A stretch of DNA of 64,000 bases from Eubacterium sp. CAG:274 (GCA_000432155.1 FR888502.1:16614-80613), one strand, 5' to 3'; positions 9,591 to 19,050 are shown, counted from the stretch's first letter. Notes: generated from the sequence alone by a model not told the origin. Numbers and translations are program-made.

Positions 9591-11648
9591 ATGGTACAGG
9601 GAACAATGTCAAATGCCGGTAAGAGCATTATAACTGCTGGGCTTTTGAGAGTTTTTGCACAAGACGGATATAAGGTAGCACCTTTTAAATCTCAAAATAT
9701 GGCATTGAATTCTTTTATTACAAAAGAGGGTTTGGAAATGGGTAGAGCACAGGTTGTACAGGCTGAGGCTGCTGGTGTTGAGCCTGATGTGTTAATGAAT
9801 CCTATACTTTTAAAGCCTAATTCTGATACAGGTTCTCAGGTTATAGTTATGGGTAAGCCTATAGGAAATATGAAGGCTAAAGAGTATTTTAAATACAAAA
9901 AACAGCTTATTCCCACAATAAAAGAGGCATACAATAAATTAGCGGAAAAGTATGACATTATTGTAATAGAGGGTGCAGGTTCTCCGGCTGAAATTAATTT
10001 GAAATCTGACGATATTGTAAATATGGGTATGGCTGAAATGGTTGATGCCCCAGTTATACTTGTAGGAGATATTGATAGAGGTGGCGTTTTTGCACAGCTT
10101 TATGGCACAGTTGAACTATTGCCTTACAATGAGAAAAAGAGAATAAAAGGTATAGTTATAAACAAATTCAGAGGAGATAAAGCTATACTTGAAAATGGCA
10201 TTACTATGCTTGAAAAGAAATGCCATACTCCTGTTGTTGGCGTTGTGCCTTACGGAAATATAGATATTGATGACGAGGACAGTTTGGCTTCAAGACTTGA
10301 AAATAAAACTGTAGGGGCAATAGATATTGCTGTTATAAGATTGCCTAAGTTATCAAACTTTACTGATTTTTCTCCTTTGGAACAGTATGGTATGAGATAT
10401 GTTTCAAATGTAAAGGAATTGGGAAAACCAGACTTAATTGTACTTGGTGGCACTAAAAATACTATTGCCGATATGAAGTGGCTTAATGAAACCGGCTTAA
10501 AATCAGCTATACAGAAATTGGCTGAAAATGGTACAGATATTTTTGGCATTTGTGGTGGCTATCAGCTTATGGGTCAAAAGATAACTGATAGTGAGGGTGT
10601 TGAAAATGGTATTGACACTATAGAAGGTCTTGGTCTATTGCCTGTAGAAACTGATTTCTATATGGAAAAGACTACAAGACAGGTTACAGGTGTAGCCCAT
10701 AATGGGGAAAAAATAACAGGCTATGAAATACATCAAGGTCAAAGTGTAGTAAAGGGCGGACAGGCTTTTTCTGAAATTGAGGGTAGAAAAGAAGGTTGTG
10801 TTTTAAATAACTGTGTTGGCACTTATGTTCATGGTGTCTTTGACGAAACCGGCTTTAGAGAAAGTTATATAAAGAAAATATTTGATAAAAAGGGTATTTC
10901 TTTTGATGTAAAAACTATAGATATAGAGGAATATAAAAACAGTCAATACGATAAATTGGCAGACATTATTCGTGAAAATATGGATATGGACAAAATATAT
11001 GAAATATTAGAGAATAAGGAAACTGACTATACTCCACAATTTGTACTTCCAAAGGATATTGAGGCACGAAGTATGGAAATTATAGAAAGTGAAATGATTA
11101 CAGAAGTGCCAGAAGAGTATAAGCCTATTGTAAAAAGGGCTATACATACTACAGCCGATTTTGACTATGAAACAAGTTTGTATTTTTCACCAAATTGTGT
11201 AGAACAGGCTAGAGAGGCTATAAAAAGAGGAGCGTCTATAATTACTGATACCAATATGGCTAAGGCCGGCATTAATAAGAGAGTTTTAGGTAAATATGGT
11301 GGAGAAGTTTTGTGTTTTATGGCTGATGAGGATATTGCCAAAAGAGCAAAGGAAAATGGCACTACAAGGGCTGTTGCCTCTATGGAAAAGGCGTCAGAAT
11401 TGGAGGGCGAATATATTATAGCTGTTGGTAATGCACCAACTGCCCTTATAAAGCTAAAGGAATTAATAGAAGAAAACAGAATAAAACCTGTACTTATAAT
11501 TGCTGTGCCTGTAGGTTTTGTAAATGTGGTCGAGGCAAAGGAAATTATAAGCAAGTGTAATGTGCCAGTTATAGTAGCAAGAGGAAGAAAAGGTGGCAGT
11601 AATTTGGCTGCGGCAATTTGTAATGGTATATTGTATGGTATAGAGTAA
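9591..11648 (+). CDS. cobQ: Cobyric acid synthase fused to precorrin-8X methylmutase
   Basis: The N-terminal ~490 aa are CobQ: [12 protein letters not shown] start, with a glutamine amidotransferase region [10 protein letters not shown]. The C-terminal ~210 aa are CbiC/CobH ([11 protein letters not shown]...[15 protein letters not shown]). There is no stop between the two parts. Confidence 0.85.
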   Translation: MVQGTMSNAGKSIITAGLLRVFAQDGYKVAPFKSQNMALNSFITKEGLEMGRAQVVQAEAAGVEPDVLMNPILLKPNSDTGSQVIVMGKPIGNMKAKEYFKYKKQLIPTIKEAYNKLAEKYDIIVIEGAGSPAEINLKSDDIVNMGMAEMVDAPVILVGDIDRGGVFAQLYGTVELLPYNEKKRIKGIVINKFRGDKAILENGITMLEKKCHTPVVGVVPYGNIDIDDEDSLASRLENKTVGAIDIAVIRLPKLSNFTDFSPLEQYGMRYVSNVKELGKPDLIVLGGTKNTIADMKWLNETGLKSAIQKLAENGTDIFGICGGYQLMGQKITDSEGVENGIDTIEGLGLLPVETDFYMEKTTRQVTGVAHNGEKITGYEIHQGQSVVKGGQAFSEIEGRKEGCVLNNCVGTYVHGVFDETGFRESYIKKIFDKKGISFDVKTIDIEEYKNSQYDKLADIIRENMDMDKIYEILENKETDYTPQFVLPKDIEARSMEIIESEMITEVPEEYKPIVKRAIHTTADFDYETSLYFSPNCVEQAREAIKRGASIITDTNMAKAGINKRVLGKYGGEVLCFMADEDIAKRAKENGTTRAVASMEKASELEGEYIIAVGNAPTALIKLKELIEENRIKPVLIIAVPVGFVNVVEAKEIISKCNVPVIVARGRKGGSNLAAAICNGILYGIE

Positions 11649-11667
11649 AAATGTAAAAAATTTATAA

Positions 11668-11695
11668 TTGCAAAAAATATATTTTGGAGTATAAT
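11668..11695 (+). promoter_or_regulatory. Orphan sigma-A-like promoter (TTGCAA-16-TATAAT)
   Basis: Good -35/-10 with 16-nt spacing. No CDS lies downstream before the terminator at 11930. Confidence 0.3.
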
Positions 11696-11929
11696 AATAG
11701 CAACAGAGTTGCCTGAAGTTATTAAGTAATTTTTAACATTGGGAATCAAGCTGGGTGATTTACCAAGCTTTTTTACTTTTTAGAAGATTACCAAACTTAG
11801 AAATAAAACAGCTAATGATAGGTGACTTATATGATGTTTTTGAGAAAAATATTGAATATATTGATTTAAAGTTGATAGGGTTTCCGGAAAATTATAAAGA
11901 AGTATTAAAAAATAACATAAAATAAAAAC

Positions 11930-11967
11930 AAGGAGTGCAAACACAAGATATGCACTCCTTTTCTTTT
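11930..11967 (+). terminator. Intrinsic terminator
   Basis: AAGGAGTGCA-N11-TGCACTCCTT followed by TTCTTTT. Confidence 0.6.
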
Positions 11968-11977
11968 AATAATAAAT

Positions 11978-12008
11978 AATGAGTCGGAAAGATAAATCCG
12001 ATGGCTTG
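11978..12008 (+). repeat. Copy 1 of the 31-nt palindromic motif AATGAgTCGGAAAGATAAATCCGATGGCTTG
   Basis: Near-identical to 33348-33378 (1 mismatch). It contains the inverted repeat ATCGGA-N8-TCCGAT. Confidence 0.8.
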
Positions 12009-12024
12009 AATGGTCAAAAAATAT

Positions 12025-12451
12025 TTACTTCAAACTACCATCTCCACCCATTAAGGCTGTCAATTCCTCAATATGTTCCAATGGAAAAGGTGGTTCGCAA
12101 AGGGGTTTCATTGCTATACTCATAAGTTTCATTGGGTTATCGTCGGCAGCTACTCTATTTGATGAAAGCTTGCCACATCTTTTGCAACGATGAATAATTG
12201 CCCATTCGCCATTTTTTCTTACCCAAACAGCTACAGGTTCCATAATTCCACCACAGTCAGACTCTCTATCTCCAGGTTCTTCGTCAACATGAAGACTGGA
12301 AAGACAATTAGGACAATGGTTTCTATGGTTATTGCCTGCACTATTTGGAATTACAGGGCGACCACAAACCTTACAAGTAAAAGTATCATTACAAGGATGA
12401 TTTTTATAATATCCCTTTTCATATTTTTTTGCGTTTATTTTCTCTATTCAT
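12025..12451 (-). pseudogene. RNHCP-domain zinc-ribbon protein, reading frame interrupted at an A7 homopolymer
   Basis: The downstream frame encodes ...HPCNDTFTCKVCGRPVIPNSAGNNHRNHCPNCLSSLHVDEE...RCKRCGKL, an RNHCP domain. The ATG with a GGAGG RBS at 12451 is in the +1 frame relative to it. A 6-A run instead of 7 (12424-12430) would give one ~141-aa ORF. Confidence 0.5.
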
Positions 12452-12495
12452 TTTTATTCCTCCATAAAAGTCAAATAATATCTATTTTTCCTTTT

Positions 12496-12541
12496 GGGAG
12501 GAAAGCTGACATTGTTTGCTAACCTCCCGATTAGCAAACAA
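12496..12541 (-). promoter_or_regulatory. Leader hairpin of the RNHCP gene with alternative GGGAGG/CCUCCC pairings
   Basis: Perfect 11-bp stem TTGTTTGCTAA/TTAGCAAACAA whose loop contains GGGAGG. A CCUCCC follows and could pair either with that loop or with the SD GGAGG. Confidence 0.3.
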
Positions 12542-12588
12542 TATCCAATGTTATATTAATTTTCAAAAAGCAATCTCCTAAAAAATAA

Positions 12589-14061
12589 TTAATTTTCTTC
12601 TTCTTCTTTTTCCTGAGGGTGTTCCTCTAAAATCTTGTTGTAAACATCAATGTATTCCTTAGCACTTCTGTCCCAAGAAAATCTTGTTTCAATAGCATTA
12701 TGAACTACCTTGTTCCATTGAGCCTTATCAGCATAAATTTTAAGACCCTCGTTAATAGCCCACATTAAGCCATTTGCATCATAGTCCTGGAACTGGAAAC
12801 CGTTACCTTCGCCAGTTTCAGGGTTATAAACCTTTACTGTATCTACTAAACCACCAGTAGTTCTAGTAACAGGAATAGTACCGTAGCTCATAGCAAAAAG
12901 CTGACCTAAACCACAAGGTTCAAAAAGACTAGGCATAAGGAAGAAATCACTGGCTGCATAAATCTTCTGAGAAAGTGCATCATCAAAGAGAATATTAGCA
13001 CTTACCTTGTCAGGGTATCTATAAGCTAAATCCTTAAACATATTTTCGTAAGTATAGTCGCCAGTACCGAGAATAACAAACTGAACATCTTTTGAAAGAA
13101 GTTCTCCTGCTGCCTGTAAAACAAGGTTAATACCTTTCTGTTCTACAAGTCTTGAAATAATACTAAATACTGGAACATCAGGGCGAACAGGAAGTCCTAA
13201 ATCTTTCTGAAGTTGAGCCTTATTTTTAGCTTTTCCAGTTAAATCTTCAGCAGAGAAATTAGCATAAATCTTTTTGCTAGTTTCAGGGTTGTTTGCGTCA
13301 TAGTCAATACCATTTACGATACCGTAAAGGTCATCTTTTCTGGCTCTTAAAACACCGTCAAGTCCATAGCCATACTGTTCTGTCTGAACCTCATAAGCAT
13401 ATGTTTTACTTACTGTACTAATAGCATCAGCATATAAAAGACCGGCTTTCATAAAACTTGTCATATTATAAAATTCCAATTTATCATTAGTAAAGTAATA
13501 ATTTTCGTCTAATTCCATCATACTAAGAGCGTGTTTAGGGAACATACCCTGATACTGGAGATTATGAACAGTATATAATGTACGAATATTTTTGTAATCC
13601 TTAATAAGTGAGTACTTGTCTTTTAAGTAAACACACATTGGACCAGTCTGCCAGTCGTTACAATGAATGATGTCAGGCATAAAATCATCGTCTATATAGC
13701 TTAAAAATTCAATAGCAGCTTTACAGAAGAAAGCAAATCTTTCATCATCATCGCCATAGCCATAGTAACCAGAACGACCAAAGTAGTAGTCATTACCTAT
13801 AAGGTAAGTAGGCACATCTGTGTGCATTGTAAAAATATCTGCCTTTTGAGTACGCCAATCAAGGGTTACATCAAAAGATTTTATATATTCACAGCTAGTA
13901 AGGCACTCGTCCTTAATGGTTCTGTACTTAGGAAAAACAACTCTTGCATCAATACCGGCATTTCGTAATGCTTTTGGTAAAGAACCGGCAACATCACCTA
14001 GTCCGCCACTCTTGGCATATGGTGCAACTTCAGAAGCAACAAATAATACTTTAAGACCCAT
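12589..14061 (-). CDS. glgA: Glycogen synthase (ADP-glucose type)
   Basis: N-terminus VLFVASEVAPYAKSGGLGDVAGSLPKAL; full-length GT5 family. Confidence 0.9.
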   Translation of the reverse strand: MGLKVLFVASEVAPYAKSGGLGDVAGSLPKALRNAGIDARVVFPKYRTIKDECLTSCEYIKSFDVTLDWRTQKADIFTMHTDVPTYLIGNDYYFGRSGYYGYGDDDERFAFFCKAAIEFLSYIDDDFMPDIIHCNDWQTGPMCVYLKDKYSLIKDYKNIRTLYTVHNLQYQGMFPKHALSMMELDENYYFTNDKLEFYNMTSFMKAGLLYADAISTVSKTYAYEVQTEQYGYGLDGVLRARKDDLYGIVNGIDYDANNPETSKKIYANFSAEDLTGKAKNKAQLQKDLGLPVRPDVPVFSIISRLVEQKGINLVLQAAGELLSKDVQFVILGTGDYTYENMFKDLAYRYPDKVSANILFDDALSQKIYAASDFFLMPSLFEPCGLGQLFAMSYGTIPVTRTTGGLVDTVKVYNPETGEGNGFQFQDYDANGLMWAINEGLKIYADKAQWNKVVHNAIETRFSWDRSAKEYIDVYNKILEEHPQEKEEEEN

Positions 14062-14233
14062 ACAAAAAACCTCCTGTCTGAATAAACTGAAAATTGAAAA
14101 ATAATGTCGTTATTTACAAACTGCTTAGATTTGTAACTATTATTTGAATTTTTTTGTTTATTTTTTACATATTTATATTATAATTATACTATGTTATAAT
14201 TCATTTATCAAGAAAAAAAGGAGAAAATTTTAA

Positions 14234-16018
14234 ATGTCAGAATTAAAAAATAGAAATCAGATTTTACCTGAGGATAAATGGAGTGTTGAAGATTTATTCT
14301 CAAGTGACGAAGCATGGCAAAAACTTTATGACGATATAGAAAACAGCCTTAGTGGCTTTGACAAATTTAAGCCTCTTACAATGGCTAATCTCTATGAATG
14401 CCTTAACTTCAGAGATGAAGTATACTTAAATACTGAGAGAGTATATGTATACGCAGGGCTTAGAGCAAATGAAGATAGTGACAATAGTTTCTATCAGGCA
14501 ATGGATAGCAAGGCAGCAAGACTTTCTTCACTTGTTCAGGCTGCTTCAGCTTTTATTGACTCATCTATTGCACTTTTGCCGGAAGATGAAATCTTAAAGG
14601 CTGTTGAAACAGAGCCTCTTAAATTATATGCTCACTACTTAAAGGATATTCTTCGTAGTAAGGAACATATTTTGACACAGGACAAGGAAGAAATACTTGC
14701 ACAGATGCAGGAAGTAGCAGGTGTGCCTTCTAATGTTTTCTATATGCTCAATAATGCAGATATGACTTTCCCTGATGTTGTAGATAGTAAGGGCGAAAGC
14801 CACAAATTAACTCATGGCACATTTATTTCTTATCTTGAAAGTAGCGACAGGGTTTTAAGAAAATCAGCTTTTAATGCTCTTTATGACACATACAAAAAAC
14901 AGCTTAATACAATTACAGCATCTTATAGCGGTTCTGTAAAGGTAGATAGCTTTGGTGCAAAGGTAAGAAAGTACGGTTCATCACTTGAGGCACATTTAGA
15001 GCCTAATAACATTCCTACAAGTGTTTATACACAGCTTATTGATACTGTAAACAAAAACCTTAACTTAATGCACAGATATATTTCTATTCGTAAAAAGGCA
15101 TTAGGTCTTGATGACTTGAATATGTATGACCTGTACACTCCTATTGTAAAGGATATTGATACTAAAAAGACTTATGAAGAAGCTGTTGCAACTGTTAAGG
15201 AAGCTGTTAAACCTTTAGGCGAAGATTATTGCAAGGTATTTAATAAGGCACTTGATACTGACAGATGGGTAGATAAGTACGAAAACAAGGGTAAGAGAAG
15301 TGGTGCATATTCTTGGGGTGCTTACGGTTGCCACCCATTTGTTTCTATGAACTATAATGGCACTGTAGACTCTATGTTTACACTTATTCACGAAATGGGT
15401 CACTCTATGCACTCTCACTATACTTGGTCAACTCAGCCTGTAGTTTACGGAGATTACACTATATTTGTTGCAGAAGTTGCATCAACAGTAAATGAAGCCC
15501 TTTTAATGGAACATTTATTAAAGACAACTGAAGACAAAAATCAGAGAAAATACCTTATCAACTACTATCTTGAACAGTTTAGAGGTACTCTTTTCCGTCA
15601 GACTATGTTTGCTGAATTTGAGCTTGAGGTTCATAGGCGTGATGAGGCTGGAGAAGCTCTTACAAAGGAAGAATTAAATGAAATTTACTACAACCTTAAT
15701 AAGAAGTATTATGGCGATGAAATAAATATTGATGAAAAAATATCTTGGGAATGGGCTAGAATACCTCATTTCTATACTGCTTTCTATGTTTATCAGTATG
15801 CTACAGGATATTCAGCAGCTATTGCTCTTTCACAGAGAATATTAAAGGAAAATGGCAAGGACGATTATATTAATTTCTTAAAGGGTGGTTCTTCTAAATA
15901 CTCTATTGACCTTTTAAAGGGTGCTGGCGTAGATATGACAACTGCCGAACCTGTAGAAAAGGCTATGGAAGTATTTTCAAGTCTTTTAGATGAAATGGAA
16001 AATCTGTTGACAGAGTAA
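14234..16018 (+). CDS. pepF: Oligoendopeptidase F (M3B)
   Basis: HEMGH zinc motif; ~594 aa M3B architecture. Confidence 0.9.
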   Translation: MSELKNRNQILPEDKWSVEDLFSSDEAWQKLYDDIENSLSGFDKFKPLTMANLYECLNFRDEVYLNTERVYVYAGLRANEDSDNSFYQAMDSKAARLSSLVQAASAFIDSSIALLPEDEILKAVETEPLKLYAHYLKDILRSKEHILTQDKEEILAQMQEVAGVPSNVFYMLNNADMTFPDVVDSKGESHKLTHGTFISYLESSDRVLRKSAFNALYDTYKKQLNTITASYSGSVKVDSFGAKVRKYGSSLEAHLEPNNIPTSVYTQLIDTVNKNLNLMHRYISIRKKALGLDDLNMYDLYTPIVKDIDTKKTYEEAVATVKEAVKPLGEDYCKVFNKALDTDRWVDKYENKGKRSGAYSWGAYGCHPFVSMNYNGTVDSMFTLIHEMGHSMHSHYTWSTQPVVYGDYTIFVAEVASTVNEALLMEHLLKTTEDKNQRKYLINYYLEQFRGTLFRQTMFAEFELEVHRRDEAGEALTKEELNEIYYNLNKKYYGDEINIDEKISWEWARIPHFYTAFYVYQYATGYSAAIALSQRILKENGKDDYINFLKGGSSKYSIDLLKGAGVDMTTAEPVEKAMEVFSSLLDEMENLLTE

Positions 16019-16103
16019 TAAAAAGGAATTATAATGTTTAAGATATTTACAAATTGTTAAAAAATACCAATGGGGCAAATATTACTCTAAAGGAGAGAAA
16101 AAT

Positions 16104-17831
16104 ATGAAAAAATTGTTAGGAATATTTGCTGTTTCGGCATTAACCATTTTAGGTTGCACTACAGCTTTTGCAAGCAATAGTGTACAGGGCGATGCAGATA
16201 CAGACGGAATACTTACTGCTAAAGACAGTGCTTATGTTTTACAGAAAACTCTTGATTCTACTTTCAAAGTGCCAATGGCTGATGAAGAATATAGTGTTTA
16301 CTGTGATGTAAATGGCGATAAGATAGTTAATGCAGACGATGCAAGCCTTATTTTACAGAGAGTATTAAATGATAGTGTAAAATTTGCTCCTATTGGTGGC
16401 AGTACAGAAACTACAACAGAAACTACTACTGCTACAACAACAGAAACTACTACAGTTACTACTACAGAAACTACTACTCAGGTAACAACAGATGGAACTA
16501 CTGAAGAAACAACAATTCCAGATGGATTTAATACAGTACCTGAAAACTTTGACTATACTGTAAATGTAAGTAATTTCAGCCAATTAAAGTCTGCTCTTTC
16601 TGATTGTGCTAAAAAGAGTGGTCAAAAGGCAATTTACATTACAGACGATATTGATGCTACAGAACAGATTAAACTTTCTACATCAAATGCCAATATTTCA
16701 TTAATTGGTGTTGAAAAGGCTGACGGCTCTTATCCAGCTATTGATTTTGCTAAGTTCAGAGATTCAAAGAACAGTACAGGTGAAAATGGTACAGGTATTT
16801 ATGTAAGCAAGGGTTCTTACTACAACTTTAAAAATCTTATTGTTAAAAATGCACCAGACTGTGGTATGAGAATTAAGAACTCAACTTCAGGCAACTGTAT
16901 TATTCAGAATTGTGTATTTAAGTACAACAACAACTCAGGTATTTCTGTAACTGCCGGTGGTCACGACAATACATTTATTGGTGTAGACTCTTATAGAAAC
17001 TGTGACTTGGTTCAGAAATTAGGTAGTGACGCTGACGGTTTCTCTGTAAAGCTTAATGTCGGCAATAATAACAAGTTCTTCGCTTGTAGAGCTTGGGAAA
17101 ATGGCGATGACGGTTGGGATAGTTATAACCACTCAGGAGATTCTCCATATCACCTTGATTATATTGAATGTCTTTGCTACCACAATGGTGACTACGATAT
17201 TTACAACGGTAAGTGGGATTATGAAAACAACTTACCACTTGATAAGGATTTACTTTATGTTCAGGCTATGATTAAGGCTGACCCAGATTTTGAAACTAAG
17301 TACAATAACAGACAGCTTGATGTAAACAACTGGCCAAATGTTACACTTACTAAGTTTGGTAAGTCTATTAAGGGTTCAGATATTAGCTATGAAAACTGGG
17401 ACGGTAATCCAAACGGTTTCAAGTTTGGTAGTAAGTTTACAACATCAGACAGCACAAGAACTGTTAAGGATTGTATAGCTTTCAATAATGGTCAGAAGGG
17501 TTTTGATGAAAATAACTCAAAGGCTACTATTGATATGGAAAATACAATAGCATTTGACAACGGTTTCAAGGGCAAGAAGGGTCAGAATGGTAATTCTAAC
17601 TACCGTATGGAACTTATGAACATTCAGCAGTTTGATAATTGCTTTGGTTTCAATGGTGCTATTGAAGACTTCTTACCAGATGGCAAGACAGTTATTACTC
17701 CAGATTCTAGTGTACAAGATGCAGTAAGAAATGCAACAACTGCTCTTAGTGATTCACTTCAGCAGTCTATTAGAGAAGATAAAATACCTGGTATGGTATG
17801 GTTTAATGACATCTTCGCTTTAACAAAATAA
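16104..17831 (+). CDS. Cellulosomal protein: signal peptide, N-terminal type-I dockerin, Thr-rich linker, and right-handed beta-helix (pectate-lyase-like) domain
   Basis: Dockerin Ca-binding repeats DADTDGILTAKD and DVNGDKIVNADD. Linker TETTTETTTATTTETTT. Beta-helix repeats NCVFKYNNNSGIS and DADGFSVK. Confidence 0.7.
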   Translation: MKKLLGIFAVSALTILGCTTAFASNSVQGDADTDGILTAKDSAYVLQKTLDSTFKVPMADEEYSVYCDVNGDKIVNADDASLILQRVLNDSVKFAPIGGSTETTTETTTATTTETTTVTTTETTTQVTTDGTTEETTIPDGFNTVPENFDYTVNVSNFSQLKSALSDCAKKSGQKAIYITDDIDATEQIKLSTSNANISLIGVEKADGSYPAIDFAKFRDSKNSTGENGTGIYVSKGSYYNFKNLIVKNAPDCGMRIKNSTSGNCIIQNCVFKYNNNSGISVTAGGHDNTFIGVDSYRNCDLVQKLGSDADGFSVKLNVGNNNKFFACRAWENGDDGWDSYNHSGDSPYHLDYIECLCYHNGDYDIYNGKWDYENNLPLDKDLLYVQAMIKADPDFETKYNNRQLDVNNWPNVTLTKFGKSIKGSDISYENWDGNPNGFKFGSKFTTSDSTRTVKDCIAFNNGQKGFDENNSKATIDMENTIAFDNGFKGKKGQNGNSNYRMELMNIQQFDNCFGFNGAIEDFLPDGKTVITPDSSVQDAVRNATTALSDSLQQSIREDKIPGMVWFNDIFALTK

Positions 17832-17840
17832 TATAAGTTT

Positions 17841-17877
17841 AAAAACTGCTGTGTTATGTAAATACAGCAGTTTTTTG
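17841..17877 (+). terminator. Intrinsic terminator
   Basis: AAAACTGCTGT-N11-ACAGCAGTTTT followed by a T-run. Confidence 0.6.
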
Positions 17878-17918
17878 TTGTAATGAAATGTGATGGATTG
17901 ACAATTAGGGAGAAATTT

Positions 17919-18461
17919 ATGTGGAAAGAATTACTTAATTTATACTGGATATTTGTAAAAATGGGAGCTATGTGCTTTGGTGGAGGATATGCTATGCTCC
18001 CCATACTTGAAAGAGAATTAGTCTTAAAAAGAGGTTGGGTAACAAAAGAGGAAATAGTAGATTATTATGCTTTAGGTCAGTGTACACCTGGAGTTATAGC
18101 TGTAAATACTTCTACATTTGTAGGCAATAAATTGGCTGGAAATTTTGGTGGAATTATAGCTACTCTTGGCTTTATAACACCATCTATAGTAATTATAACC
18201 ATTATAGGAACTTTACTTGAAAATTTTGCCCATATAGAAATTGTGCAAAATGCTTTTTCCGGCATAAGGATTTGTGTGTGCGTGCTTATTATAAATGCAA
18301 CTGTAAATCTTTGGAAAACAGCTATTACAGATAAATTTGGTCTTGTAATGTTTGTTATAGTTCTTGTGCTTTCCAGCTTTTTAAATATATCTCCTATATT
18401 TTTTGTGTTAGGTTCAGGCTTTTTAGGCTTTTTATTTAAGACATTAGGAGGTAAAAAGTAA
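17919..18461 (+). CDS. chrA: Chromate transporter ChrA, N-terminal half-size subunit
   Basis: CHR-family motif MCFGGGYAMLP. Start taken at the ATG after an AGGGAG RBS. Confidence 0.8.
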   Translation: MWKELLNLYWIFVKMGAMCFGGGYAMLPILERELVLKRGWVTKEEIVDYYALGQCTPGVIAVNTSTFVGNKLAGNFGGIIATLGFITPSIVIITIIGTLLENFAHIEIVQNAFSGIRICVCVLIINATVNLWKTAITDKFGLVMFVIVLVLSSFLNISPIFFVLGSGFLGFLFKTLGGKK

Positions 18462-19027
18462 TGCTTATAGTTAGGTTATTTTACGAGTTTTTCAAAATAG
18501 GGCTTTTTGCTATTGGTGGAGGTATGGCAACATTACCTTTCCTGTATAATTTGGCTGGTACACACCCAGATTGGTTTAATACTTCACAGCTTATGGATAT
18601 GGTTGCTGTTTCCGAGTCAACTCCCGGACCAATGGGTGTAAATATGTCAACTTATGTAGGGTTTACAACTGGTGGTGTATTTGGTGGTGTTTGTGCTACT
18701 TTGGGTCTTGTAATACCGTCTATAATTGTAATACTTATTGTGGCAAAAATACTTAATAAAGTAAAAGACAATCCCACAGTACAAAAGGTTATATATGGTA
18801 TTAGACCAGCATCAATGGGGCTTATAGCAGGTGCTGCAGTTTTAGTAATGAAAGAGGCTTTAATAAATGTAGACTTATTTAAACAGACAGGAAATATAAC
18901 TGATTTATTTGAAATAAAGTCAATTATATTTGCTGTTATACTCTATATTTTAATGGTCAAGTATAAAAAACACCCTATTATGTATGTTGCGTTTTCTGCT
19001 GTAATAGGCTGTATTATTAAGTTTTAA
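18461..19027 (+). CDS. chrA: Chromate transporter ChrA, C-terminal half-size subunit
   Basis: Second CHR repeat (FAIGGGMATLP); start overlaps the upstream stop. Confidence 0.8.
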   Translation: MLIVRLFYEFFKIGLFAIGGGMATLPFLYNLAGTHPDWFNTSQLMDMVAVSESTPGPMGVNMSTYVGFTTGGVFGGVCATLGLVIPSIIVILIVAKILNKVKDNPTVQKVIYGIRPASMGLIAGAAVLVMKEALINVDLFKQTGNITDLFEIKSIIFAVILYILMVKYKKHPIMYVAFSAVIGCIIKF

Positions 19028-19033
19028 GGGGAT

Positions 19034-19050
19034 TTTACATAAACTTTACA
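19034..19050 (+). promoter_or_regulatory. Putative Pho box (TTTACA-N5-TTTACA) upstream of phoP
   Basis: Perfect direct hexamer repeat with 11-bp periodicity about 85 nt upstream of the phoP ATG. Matches the B. subtilis PhoP-box consensus TT(A/T/C)ACA-N5-TT(A/T/C)ACA. Confidence 0.35.

Noticed and set aside
11165-11749. 194-aa minus-strand ORF overlapping the 3' end of cobQ-cbiC
   Set aside because: Antisense to a well-supported CDS, with an AT-rich I/L/F-biased translation and no RBS.
12190-12522. 110-aa plus-strand ORF
   Set aside because: Antisense to the RNHCP-domain gene, whose zinc-ribbon motifs are clear on the other strand.
16380-16500. Apparent nucleotide tandem repeats (ACAACAGAAACTACTACT...) in the two dockerin genes (also 35500-35570)
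   Set aside because: These encode Thr-rich TETTT linkers typical of cellulosomal proteins. They are coding low-complexity sequence, not an independent repeat element or CRISPR-like array.
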